The notes beneath the pieces are model-generated. The model saw nothing but the letters and a program-made list of their open reading frames with translations, did not search any database and had not been told where the DNA came from. The translations under genes and the position numbers were made by a program. Below are positions 50,357 through 59,163 of a DNA stretch of 64,000 nucleotides, in pieces (positions within the stretch are counted from its first letter, which is position 1; every line of letters starts with the position of its first letter). The DNA comes from a candidate division CPR3 bacterium GWF2_35_18 (lineage in GTDB: Bacteria; Patescibacteriota; CPR3; GWF2-35-18): the NCBI GenBank assembly GCA_001771135.1, contig MESW01000003.1:72719-136718 (forward strand), given 5' to 3'.

Positions 50357-51438
50357 ATAATTTTAAAACTCAAACCGGGATTACGTTCCAGCTCCTTTAA
50401 TTCATTTTTCCAAAATTCATCTCGTTTTGCCTTATAATAAGAAGCAATCCCAATCATAGCAGCATTATCAGTATTTAATTTTTGTAGATAAGGAAAATAA
50501 ACCGGCAAATTATAAGATTTAGCGATTTTACGAATATTTTTGCGTAACGTAAGATTCGACGTTACTCCGCCACCGCAAAATACTGAATTTGGTTTTGTTT
50601 CAACAATTGCTTTTTGAAGTTTGATAACAAGAGAATCCACGACAGCTTTTTGAAAAGATGCGCATAAATCATAGACAATTTCTTTGTTTAGAAAATCTTT
50701 ATGAGTCTTCTTCTTTAAATCACGTATTAAATACAGTGCAGCAGTTTTTAGCCCGGAAAAGCTGTAATTCAAATCACGAGATTTTTCCATTGGCCTTGGT
50801 AAAATATACTTATTTTTATCTCCTTTTTTGGCAAATTCCTCGACAATCTCTCCACCGGGATAACCTAAATCAAGCATATTAGCAAATTTATCAAAAGCCT
50901 CTCCAGCGGCATCATCAACTGTTTGTCCAATCTTTTGATAATTCCCAATTTTTTTAATCAAAATCAGTTCTGTATGTCCACCTGAAACCAGTAACCCCAA
51001 AGCCGGAAATGTGTTCTTTTGTATCTCATTTCCTTTTCCTTTAGAATTTTTGAGCAGTGGTGAAAGTAAATGTCCTTCCATATGATTAATGGCAATTAAA
51101 GGCTTTTTGTATTTTTGTGCTAATTCTTTGGCTTTATCAAGACCGATTTCCAATGCCATTGCCAAACCCGGACCACAAGTAACCCCAATTGCGTCAATGT
51201 TCTCCAATTTCATCTGAGCTCTTTTAATCGCTTCCGATATTGCTTGGTCAATATTTTCTTTATGCGCACGCTTGGCTATGGTGGGAACAACTCCTCCCCA
51301 TTTTCGATGTAGATCCACTTGAGAAGAAATTACATTGGAAAAGATCTTATCATCAACCGTAACGGCAACCGAAGTTTCATCACAAGAGGTATCTATGGCT
51401 AAAACTTTATAGTTTTTATGAATTTTTGTGTTACTCAT
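50353..51438 (-). CDS. tsaD: tRNA N6-threonylcarbamoyltransferase
   Basis: IDTSCDET, GGVVP, GPGL, NHMEGH, VSGGHT, DDAAGEAFDK, FSGLKT, DNAAMI. Confidence 0.96.
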   Translation of the reverse strand: MSNTKIHKNYKVLAIDTSCDETSVAVTVDDKIFSNVISSQVDLHRKWGGVVPTIAKRAHKENIDQAISEAIKRAQMKLENIDAIGVTCGPGLAMALEIGLDKAKELAQKYKKPLIAINHMEGHLLSPLLKNSKGKGNEIQKNTFPALGLLVSGGHTELILIKKIGNYQKIGQTVDDAAGEAFDKFANMLDLGYPGGEIVEEFAKKGDKNKYILPRPMEKSRDLNYSFSGLKTAALYLIRDLKKKTHKDFLNKEIVYDLCASFQKAVVDSLVIKLQKAIVETKPNSVFCGGGVTSNLTLRKNIRKIAKSYNLPVYFPYLQKLNTDNAAMIGIASYYKAKRDEFWKNELKELERNPGLSFKII

Positions 51439-51497
51439 AATTAAAGCTATTGTACAACATTACCAATAATACTACTAACAAAAGATCAATTTCTTTC

Positions 51498-51526
51498 TTG
51501 ACATTCGGGTTTTGTTTGGGTAATAT
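51498..51526 (+). promoter_or_regulatory. Sigma70-type promoter for the GyrI-like gene
   Basis: TTGACA-17 nt-TAATAT. Confidence 0.55.
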
Positions 51527-51562
51527 TATTACCATAATCTAACTCTTAATGAAAGGTAGATC

Positions 51563-51961
51563 ATGAAAGAAACGCTTCAAACGATTAAAGTTTTATACGT
51601 AGAGTCAGAAAATGGAATTGCCGGATCCCATGAGGCTTTCGATAGATTAGAAAAACCTCTTCCGACTTTAAGGGGCCGTAAATTTTATGGTACTTATGAT
51701 TCTGAAAATGGGATCTATCGCGCCTGTGTAAAATTAGAGATTGAAACTGATAAACCTAAAGAGTGGGGTTTAAAAATCACCAACATTCCTGGTGGTAAGT
51801 ATGTCAAAGATAAAATAAAAAATTGGGTAGGAAAAGAAAACCTGATCGGAGAAGTTTTTACGAAACTTTCTAAAAGCCATAGAACAGATGAAGGAAGACC
51901 CAGCATTGAGTTTTATCGCAGTCAAAGAGAGTTAATCCTCTATCTTCCAGTTATGGATTAA
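51563..51961 (+). CDS. GyrI-like small-molecule-binding domain protein
   Basis: AFDRLE..L.GRKFYG, YRACV, IPGGKY, RPSIEFYRS..ELILYLP; GAAAGGT RBS. Confidence 0.7.
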   Translation: MKETLQTIKVLYVESENGIAGSHEAFDRLEKPLPTLRGRKFYGTYDSENGIYRACVKLEIETDKPKEWGLKITNIPGGKYVKDKIKNWVGKENLIGEVFTKLSKSHRTDEGRPSIEFYRSQRELILYLPVMD

Positions 51962-53040
51962 CTGATTCCGAAGATGACTTTCCTAGATTGAAGGCTTAAA
52001 TGCTCAAGTTTAATATTAATTATTTTTATATTGTCCTGACGACTCAAATTGTTAATTAAATCGGATACCTTTTCACTCCATTCAATTGCTATAAGATTTT
52101 TCGGTTGAAAATATTTTTTGGATAAATAATCTCTGAGATCTTCATTTTTTGTCAAACGCCAGGTATCGATATGAATCAAAGTACTATTTTTACCATGATA
52201 TTCACGCACAATATTAAAAGTAGGAGAAACTATTTCTTCTTTTATTTCCATGGCTTTACCCATTCCTTTTGTAAATTGAGTTTTACCTGCTCCTAGTTCT
52301 CCCTGTAGAGAAACCACTACACAATAATTTTTTAACAATTTCTTTATCTCATTTTTATACAAATCTGAAGCGATTCTCTGGGTTACCTTTTTACTATCAG
52401 ATATTTCTTCCTGAATTAATTGGTTTAACTTTGATTTCAAAGCAATTTGTCCCTGTCTTAAAATTTTATAATCATTGATTGTAGTTTCAATGACAGTCGA
52501 AGGCGGGTTTTGGGGAAGTTTTCCGGCATCTAAAAATAGATCAATAATTTGAGCTTGCTTATCTGAAATATTATTAATGACATCGTTAAATGAATATGGG
52601 GTTTTTTTTGATGCTGAATTTGCGGAGGTTGCTGTAATTGGTTTTCCAAATTTTTTAATTAATGAAAGTGTTGATTCATAATTTGGAATTCGAACACCCA
52701 ATGTTCCATTTTCAGCTTCTAATCTTTGATCCACAATATGTTTCGATTCTGAAATAACGGTTAAAGGTCCAGGCAAAAAGTTCTGATATAGATTTAAAGC
52801 TTTTTCGTTTAAAATAACATATTGCTCGGCCATTTTTTGGTTCAAAACGGCAATTGAAACTGCTTTTCCTTCAGGACGTTTTTTATAAATTAATAATTTC
52901 TCTACTGCTTTAAAATTCGTAGCATCAACTCCCACACCATAACATGTTTCAGTAGGATAAATAATAAGACCTCCCTGATTTAAAATGTCGACTGCTTGTT
53001 TTTTCCAATTATAATTTTTTTGAATATTTATTATTTTCAT
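51958..53040 (-). CDS. TsaC (YrdC/Sua5)-TsaE fusion; start set to ATG 53040
   Basis: N-terminal YPTETCYG, KKRP, LPGPLT, TATSAN, PPSTVI; C-terminal GELGAGKTQF, SPTF, HIDTWRL, IEW. Confidence 0.92.
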   Translation of the reverse strand: MKIINIQKNYNWKKQAVDILNQGGLIIYPTETCYGVGVDATNFKAVEKLLIYKKRPEGKAVSIAVLNQKMAEQYVILNEKALNLYQNFLPGPLTVISESKHIVDQRLEAENGTLGVRIPNYESTLSLIKKFGKPITATSANSASKKTPYSFNDVINNISDKQAQIIDLFLDAGKLPQNPPSTVIETTINDYKILRQGQIALKSKLNQLIQEEISDSKKVTQRIASDLYKNEIKKLLKNYCVVVSLQGELGAGKTQFTKGMGKAMEIKEEIVSPTFNIVREYHGKNSTLIHIDTWRLTKNEDLRDYLSKKYFQPKNLIAIEWSEKVSDLINNLSRQDNIKIINIKLEHLSLQSRKVIFGIS

Positions 53041-53056
53041 ACAATTTAATTCTAAC

Positions 53057-53078
53057 AAAAAAAGACCCTTTATGGGTC
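53057..53078 (-). terminator. Intrinsic terminator just 3' of the hammerhead
   Basis: GACCC-ATAAA-GGGTC-TTTTTTT. Confidence 0.7.
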
Positions 53079-53085
53079 ATTAATA

Positions 53086-53150
53086 TTACCTCTGTTTCGG
53101 CCTGATCTTCCCAAGCCTCATCAGGTGCTATCTTCGCACTACAGAAGTAA
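53086..53150 (-). ncRNA. Type III hammerhead ribozyme
   Basis: UUACUUCUGUA^GUGC-GAAGAUA-GCAC-CUGAUGA-GGCUUGG-GAAGA-UCAGGCC-GAAACAGAGGUAA: canonical CUGAUGA and GAAA core, GUA cleavage triplet, stem I 4 bp, stem II 7 bp, stem III 10 bp. Confidence 0.9.
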
Positions 53151-53157
53151 ACATTAT

Positions 53158-53186
53158 AAGTTACTACATTTAGAAATAATTGTCAA
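53158..53186 (-). promoter_or_regulatory. Sigma70-type promoter upstream of the hammerhead
   Basis: TTGACA (53186-53181)-17 nt-TAACTT, with an overlapping TATAAT. Confidence 0.5.
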
Positions 53187-53584
53187 GAGATTTTCAGATT
53201 AAAGAATATCATGTTTTATAATATTTAAACAGATTTTTAGAATTATAGACGGTTTTTTGAAAAAATTGAATATTGGTATAATATAGGACAATTGTCGGAC
53301 ATTTACCGCCTTTAATATGACTAATAATATCTTTTTAACTTATGTCTCAACCTCTAAAAAATGAATAAAATATTTTCACCAAACTCACAACGTTAGAGTT
53401 ATATCTCCGCAAACGACCGCATGGTTGTTTGTAGTACGGGAGAATACCCATACAACTATCTATATCAAATCTTTTTTTATGAATGGTGGTATCTCAAGAA
53501 AAAAGTTAACAATGCAAGGCCTGGTTTAAACGTAACAAACACTACTACCGTGTCCTTGCCTTTCTCTCTGTTTTTAGAGATATT

Positions 53585-55411
53585 TTAACTATTGTAATGG
53601 GATCTTTTACGCATCACATGATCCAAAATGCGTTTACGAATGCGAACATTTTTGGGGGTTACTTCAAGTAGTTCATCATCAACGATAAAATCAAGGGCTT
53701 GTTCCAAACTTAAGGATGTTGCTGGGCTTAAAATTCTTTTTACACCTTCACCTTTAGAACGATTGTTAGTTAATTTCTTTTCCTTGCAAACATTAATTTC
53801 AATATCATCCGGTCTAGGATTAATGCCTACTACCATTCCACTATAAACCTGCTCCCCTGCTCCAACAAAAAGAGTTCCCCGATCTTGAGCGTTAACAAGT
53901 CCGTAGATAATTGTTTCTCCGGATTCATAGGATACCAATGCTCCAGATCGAAGTTGAGGCAATGTCTCTCCTCTTTTTTCATATCCAATTAAATACGAGT
54001 TCAAAGTGATTGTTCCCTTTGTAGCTGTCATTAATATATTTTGTAATCCAATCATGTTTTGGCTGGAAATTTTATATACTAAATTAAACATTTCATTACG
54101 ATCTGGTTTCATGGAAAGCAGAGAACCCTTTCTTTTTCCAAATTCTTCAGTCACTGCGCCCACATATTCTTTATCTATTAGAACTGTCACTTCTTCATAA
54201 GGTTCACAGATCTCTCCCTCAATCTTCTTGAAAACCACCTGCGGTCTTGAAACCTCTAACTCATAACCTTCTCGACGCATAGTTTCTATGAGTATTGCAA
54301 GGTGTAACTCTCCACGTCCACTTACTATAAAACCATTTCCATGTTCCTCTTCTTCAATCTTCAATCCCACATTAATCTGTTTTTCATGTAAAAGACGTTC
54401 GCGAATCTGACGGGAAGTTGTAAACTGTCCTTCACGACCAGCAAAAGGACTAGTATTGGGACCAATTGTAACTTTAATTGTTGGCTCAGTTACTTCAATT
54501 GCCGGTAAAGGATCGGGGTGCTCGGCATCGGTAACTGTTTGTCCTATTTCAAGCACGTTAATTCCCGCCAAAGCAATAATATCTCCACTTTTTGCTTCTT
54601 CAACTTCTTGGCGAACTAAACCATTACTAGTATAGACTTTGGTGATATAAAAATTACCCAGATTCCCATTTTTATTAACAACAGCCACTTTCATTCCCTT
54701 TTTCATAATTCCCTGATGAATTTTTCCTATACAAAGTCTCCCTACAAAATTATCATAATCAAGGGTAGAAATCATCATCTGAAAAGGCTTATCTTCGTTA
54801 ACTGCACTGTTAGGAATTTCTTTCAAAATTGTTTCAAAAAGAGGATGCAAATCTCCCTGTGTTTCAGCACTATAATTATCCGGATTTTTAAGGAAAACCT
54901 TACCATCGCGACCTACTCCATATAAAACAGTAAAGTCTAATGATGCTTCATCGGAAGATAATTCCAAAAAGAGATTTTCCACTTCACGCAAGACCTCTTC
55001 CGCTCGAGCATCTTTTTTATCTATCTTATTAATTACAAGAATAATTTTGAGTTTAGCTTCAAGAGCTTTTTTTAAGACAAAACGGGTTTGAGGTAATGGC
55101 CCTTCAACAGCATCAACAAGAAGGAGTGCTCCACTGGCCATATTTAAAACTCGTTCCACTTCAGAACCAAAATCAGCATGCCCAGGCGTGTCAATTATGT
55201 TTATTTTATTTGATTCGTAAAAAACCGCCGTATTTTTAGCCAGAATCGTAATTCCTTTTTCACGTTCTAAATCGTTGGAATCCATGATCAAAGTTTCCTG
55301 CATCTCTTTCTGATTATCTCGGAAAGTATGGGTCTGCTTGAGCATCGCATCAACAAGTGTGGTTTTTCCATGATCAACGTGAGCGATTATCGCAACATTG
55401 TAAATATTCAT
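53585..55411 (-). CDS. typA: Translational GTPase TypA/BipA; start set to ATG 55411
   Basis: IAHVDHGKTT, EKGITILAKN, DTPGHADF, GRGELHL, LLEVTP..VRIRK. Confidence 0.96.
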   Translation of the reverse strand: MNIYNVAIIAHVDHGKTTLVDAMLKQTHTFRDNQKEMQETLIMDSNDLEREKGITILAKNTAVFYESNKINIIDTPGHADFGSEVERVLNMASGALLLVDAVEGPLPQTRFVLKKALEAKLKIILVINKIDKKDARAEEVLREVENLFLELSSDEASLDFTVLYGVGRDGKVFLKNPDNYSAETQGDLHPLFETILKEIPNSAVNEDKPFQMMISTLDYDNFVGRLCIGKIHQGIMKKGMKVAVVNKNGNLGNFYITKVYTSNGLVRQEVEEAKSGDIIALAGINVLEIGQTVTDAEHPDPLPAIEVTEPTIKVTIGPNTSPFAGREGQFTTSRQIRERLLHEKQINVGLKIEEEEHGNGFIVSGRGELHLAILIETMRREGYELEVSRPQVVFKKIEGEICEPYEEVTVLIDKEYVGAVTEEFGKRKGSLLSMKPDRNEMFNLVYKISSQNMIGLQNILMTATKGTITLNSYLIGYEKRGETLPQLRSGALVSYESGETIIYGLVNAQDRGTLFVGAGEQVYSGMVVGINPRPDDIEINVCKEKKLTNNRSKGEGVKRILSPATSLSLEQALDFIVDDELLEVTPKNVRIRKRILDHVMRKRSHYNS

Positions 55412-55449
55412 ATATTCTACTTTCTTTAAATACATTCTATCACTAAAAG

Positions 55450-55491
55450 AAAAAACTCAGCCCTTTTTTATGCTGAGTTTATATACTCAAC
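55450..55491 (-). promoter_or_regulatory. Terminator/antiterminator pair in the typA leader
   Basis: AAACTCAGC...GCTGAGTTTTTT terminator; upstream GTTGAGT can instead pair with ACTCAGC. Confidence 0.55.
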
Positions 55492-55621
55492 TTCTTTAGA
55501 TTTATAAAGAATGTAATTAAGTATTACCCATATAAACAAAGTTTGTTATTTACTTCGTTCATAATAGCAGCATAATAAGTTGCAAACCGCGGTTATATGG
55601 GTATAATGAACGAGGTTTCTA

Positions 55622-55694
55622 TGAGCCGCCTGGGACTCGAACCCAGAACTTACAGCTTAAAAGGCTGTCACTCTACCGATTGAGTTAGCGGCCC
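55622..55694 (-). tRNA. tRNA-Lys(TTT), CCA not encoded
   Basis: GGGCCGCTAACTCAATCGGTAGAGTGACAGC-CTTTTAA-GCTGTAAGTTCTGGGTTCGAGTCCCAGGCGGCTCA. Confidence 0.95.
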
Positions 55695-55736
55695 AAAATG
55701 TCAATTGTTGCTAACTCCGCGGACTTTAGTCCTAAA

Positions 55737-55751
55737 TGAGTTAGCGGCCCA
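55737..55751 (-). repeat. 15-bp direct repeat of the tRNA-Lys 5' end
   Basis: TGAGTTAGCGGCCCA at 55681-55695 and 55737-55751. Confidence 0.85.
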
Positions 55752-55891
55752 TACACCTAAACATTACAATTCAAACCATAACAAGCCAAATTTCAACATA
55801 GCAGATTTTACAAGGTTTAAACATTTACGTCAACTAAAACTTCAAAATCATTAATTTTGTATCTCTGCACTTTTAAGATATAATTTACCCT

Positions 55892-56539
55892 ATGAGAAAA
55901 TCAAATATCAAACATATCTGCTTTGATTTAGGAGGAACTCTCGTTCGTGAAAACCCGGAATTTGTCAAAGTACATAATGAACTACGATATAAAACATATG
56001 CTAAAGTAATTAATAAACCAATAACAGATAAGTTAAAGATAGAATATGAAGAATTATATAAAAAATATGGCACAAACTCTGCTATCTTTAGCTCTTTAGA
56101 TTTACCTTCTGACTATTGGCAAAACCATTTCAATACTTTAGATCGTGACAAAGTTTATTACTATGATCCCGATATTTATAAAACGGTAGTAGCATTACAA
56201 CATTTTTTTTCTCTCTCAATTTTTACAACTATAAAAACAGAAGCCGCCTACAAAACATTAGAAATTGGAAAGTTAGATTCAAAATACTTTCAATTTATTA
56301 TTTCCGGAGATGACGTCAAACATCGTAAACCGTCATTGGAAGGATATTATAAAGTGATTGAAAAAACTCATCTAAAATCAGAGGAAATTCTCTATGTCGG
56401 AGACCGAGTAAACGCAGATATTATCCCCGCAAAGAAAACCGGAATGAAAACTTGTCTGGTATGGAAAAAATCAGTAGAAGCAGATTATTGTATTGAAAAA
56501 TTTTCCGAACTTCTCAAAATAATTAACAATCCCCTATAA
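55892..56539 (+). CDS. HAD-superfamily hydrolase
   Basis: FDLGGTL, RKPS, YVGDRVNADI. Confidence 0.88.
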   Translation: MRKSNIKHICFDLGGTLVRENPEFVKVHNELRYKTYAKVINKPITDKLKIEYEELYKKYGTNSAIFSSLDLPSDYWQNHFNTLDRDKVYYYDPDIYKTVVALQHFFSLSIFTTIKTEAAYKTLEIGKLDSKYFQFIISGDDVKHRKPSLEGYYKVIEKTHLKSEEILYVGDRVNADIIPAKKTGMKTCLVWKKSVEADYCIEKFSELLKIINNPL

Positions 56540-56899
56540 CCACACATCAGTTAGATGCTTCAGCTCTTTGATTTGAAACTCTTTGTTTATAATAATAGAA
56601 ACCACATCAACCTGAACGTCTTCAAATTTACTTTTTAATTTTTGTTGATAACAATTTCCAGTTGCAATAATTTTTTCTAGCTTTCTCTCATCAACAGCCT
56701 CTTCTGGAAGTCCAAAATCATCCGATCTCCTAGCTTTGACCTCTACAAACACTAAAGTTTTCTTATGCTCAGCAATAATATCAATCTCTCCATACTGACT
56801 TTTATATTGACGTTCCAGAATCTTATAACCTTTTTTCTTCAGATAGTTACTGGCAATCTCTTCACCAAGATCACCCAGCTTTTGACGTTGATCAGACAT
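56534..56899 (-). CDS. YraN family (UPF0102) putative endonuclease
   Basis: GDLGEEIA, GEIDII, LVFVEVK. Confidence 0.9.
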   Translation of the reverse strand: MSDQRQKLGDLGEEIASNYLKKKGYKILERQYKSQYGEIDIIAEHKKTLVFVEVKARRSDDFGLPEEAVDERKLEKIIATGNCYQQKLKSKFEDVQVDVVSIIINKEFQIKELKHLTDVWL

Positions 56900-57506
56900 A
56901 GTTTTTCAAAAAACTCCTTCGATGTAATCTACACAAACCATATTTTAAAATATTTTCTAGATGCTTTTTCGTACCATAACCAACATGTGTATCAAATCCG
57001 TATACGGGAAACTCTTCATGATATTTCAGCATTAAGCGATCTCGATAAACTTTAGCTAAAATCGAAGCGGCAGCAATTGAATATGATTTTTGATCTCCCT
57101 TAATAATTGATTTTTGTGAGTTTTTATTGAATCTCGAAATCTTCTCTCTACCATCAACCAGCACAAAATTTGGTTTTACTTTTAATTTTTTAATCGCTTC
57201 TCGCATAGCTTTATGGGTAGCATTTACTATTCCCAAGCTATCAACTTCATCCGCTTCAACAAGACCAACACCGTAACTATAAACCAAAGATTGGATTTGA
57301 GGAAAAAGCTCTTCTCTTTTTTTTCGGGTTAACATTTTTGAGTCGCAAATAGTAACCTCAAACTGAATATCAGAACGAAAAACAACAGCTCCGGCCACAA
57401 CTGGACCAGCTAAAGGACCACGGCCCACTTCATCTACTCCGCAAATAAGTTTATATCCTTGTTCCCACAGTTTTTTTTCTTCGCTCCAGGTTGGAATTAC
57501 AATCAT
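56892..57506 (-). CDS. rnhB: Ribonuclease HII; start set to ATG 57506 because the longer ORF runs through a terminator
   Basis: GVDEVGRGPLAGPV, DSK, VDG, KGD, IAAASILAKV, GYGT. Confidence 0.95.
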   Translation of the reverse strand: MIVIPTWSEEKKLWEQGYKLICGVDEVGRGPLAGPVVAGAVVFRSDIQFEVTICDSKMLTRKKREELFPQIQSLVYSYGVGLVEADEVDSLGIVNATHKAMREAIKKLKVKPNFVLVDGREKISRFNKNSQKSIIKGDQKSYSIAAASILAKVYRDRLMLKYHEEFPVYGFDTHVGYGTKKHLENILKYGLCRLHRRSFLKNYV

Positions 57507-57534
57507 ATGGTAATTGTAAATCAAAAAGAGGTTA

Positions 57535-57575
57535 AAAAAAAGGGCGGGAAGATTTATTAAATCTTCCCGCCCTTT
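57535..57575 (-). terminator. Intrinsic terminator after rplS
   Basis: AAAGGGCGGGAAGATTTA-TT-AAATCTTCCCGCCCTTT flanked by an A-tract, which is a U-tract on the minus strand. Confidence 0.88.
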
Positions 57576-57592
57576 CATTATTGTACAATAAA

Positions 57593-58141
57593 TTATTTAC
57601 TTTTTACGGTTACCGCAGCTTTCCCGATTCGATCTCTTAAATAATATAATTTAGCTCTTCTCGATTTGCTTTGTTCGACTATATCAATTTTAGTAATGTT
57701 TGGAGATTGTATTGGCCAAATTCTTTCCACTCCAACTCCACCTGCACCGATTTTTCGGACCATAAAAGTCTTACTCACTCCACGTCCTTTTTTACTAATG
57801 ATAATTCCCTGAAAACCTTGAATTCTTTCTTTATCGCCCTCTTTAACGACAGTGTAAACTTTTACCGTATCTCCAGGTCGCATCTCTTCTTTTATTTTTG
57901 CTAACTTTTCCTTAGCACTTTTTTTGTTTGCTTCTTCTCTAATTTTTTTCTCTTCTTCAGGAGAAATATCCTTTTCTACAGGTGCTTCAACTGCAACTTC
58001 TTCAGTAGGAGCCTCTTTTTCTATAGTTACATTTTCAGCTTTTTGACCATCTTTTTCATTTTTTTCTATTTCAAGAGGCTGAACCTGAATCTGATTATGC
58101 TCCGCACCTTTTTCATTTTTTTCTTTTTGATCGTCTGACAT
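57593..58141 (-). CDS. rplS: 50S ribosomal protein L19 with a long acidic N-terminal extension
   Basis: RPGDTVKV, ERIQGFQG, TFMVRK, GVERIWP, RRAKLYYLR. Confidence 0.95.
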   Translation of the reverse strand: MSDDQKEKNEKGAEHNQIQVQPLEIEKNEKDGQKAENVTIEKEAPTEEVAVEAPVEKDISPEEEKKIREEANKKSAKEKLAKIKEEMRPGDTVKVYTVVKEGDKERIQGFQGIIISKKGRGVSKTFMVRKIGAGGVGVERIWPIQSPNITKIDIVEQSKSRRAKLYYLRDRIGKAAVTVKSK

Positions 58142-58221
58142 AATTTACTCCTTCACGTTTTCTAAACTAATGGATTTTAACATAAGGATTGCTTATTAAA
58201 CAAGTGGTGATTGAAAAACTC

Positions 58222-59157
58222 TTAATCTTTTTGGTCTTTATCCAAATATTCACTGATCTTATTTGCAATTATAGAAGCAACCGAAAACACTCTCATCTTT
58301 GGAGATTTAAACTGCTCTAATATTGGAATCGTATTTGTTATGAAAAGACTATCTATCTCACTATCTGCTAATTTTTGATAAGTTTCCGGAATTGGAAAAA
58401 GGTGAGTAATACAATCAGTATACGAAAGTGCTCCAAAGTTTTTAAGTAATTGCGCGGCTTTGATTCTGGTTGTTCCAGTTGAAGCAAAATCGTCAAAAGA
58501 AACAATGTGTTTTCCCTTGAATTCTCCAGTTAAGTGATGAAAAGTAACCTCGCCAGTTTTCCGATCACGACTTTTATCAAATTTAATAAGCGGTAATTTT
58601 AATTCCGAAGCAAATTGAATAGCTCTTTCTTCCGCACCTTTATCCAAACAGGCAACGACCATACCTTGCAGATTTTGTTTTTGAAAATATTCAATAAAAA
58701 GTGACATGGCACTTAAATTATTAATGGGAATATTAAAAGTTTTGATGACCTCCTCCGAATGAATATCAAAAGCCCAAAGTTCATCAATTCCCGCAGACTC
58801 AATCAATTTTGCTACCAAAGCAATTGATAACGGCTCTCCTTTTCTAAAAATCTTATCTTGAGGAGAATAACAAAGCCAAGGAGTCACAGCCACTATTTTT
58901 TTCACTCCAATTCTTTTTAACGCATCTGCGATTAAACACAACTCCATCAGGTTATCGTTTACTGGTTTTGATAGGGTTTGAAGAACAAAAACAACATTTT
59001 TATCTTTTACATCTGTATCCTGAACATAAACTCTGATCTCTGAATTGGCGAAACGGGTTAGTTCAACCTGCACATGAAAGATATGCAGGAGTTTTTCGAT
59101 TTCAGTATTTAGAACTGAATGAGAATTTCCGGTTACCAATGAAAAATTGTGTTGCAT
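58222..59157 (-). CDS. prs: Ribose-phosphate pyrophosphokinase
   Basis: RFANSEIRV, NDNLMEL, YSPQDK, DIHS, DDFASTGTT. Confidence 0.88.
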   Translation of the reverse strand: MQHNFSLVTGNSHSVLNTEIEKLLHIFHVQVELTRFANSEIRVYVQDTDVKDKNVVFVLQTLSKPVNDNLMELCLIADALKRIGVKKIVAVTPWLCYSPQDKIFRKGEPLSIALVAKLIESAGIDELWAFDIHSEEVIKTFNIPINNLSAMSLFIEYFQKQNLQGMVVACLDKGAEERAIQFASELKLPLIKFDKSRDRKTGEVTFHHLTGEFKGKHIVSFDDFASTGTTRIKAAQLLKNFGALSYTDCITHLFPIPETYQKLADSEIDSLFITNTIPILEQFKSPKMRVFSVASIIANKISEYLDKDQKD

Positions 59158-59163
59158 CTTTAT

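Noticed and set aside
55580-55607. Plus-strand TTGCAA-16-TATAAT promoter antisense to tRNA-Lys
   Set aside because: Such matches are common in AT-rich DNA and nothing else supports it
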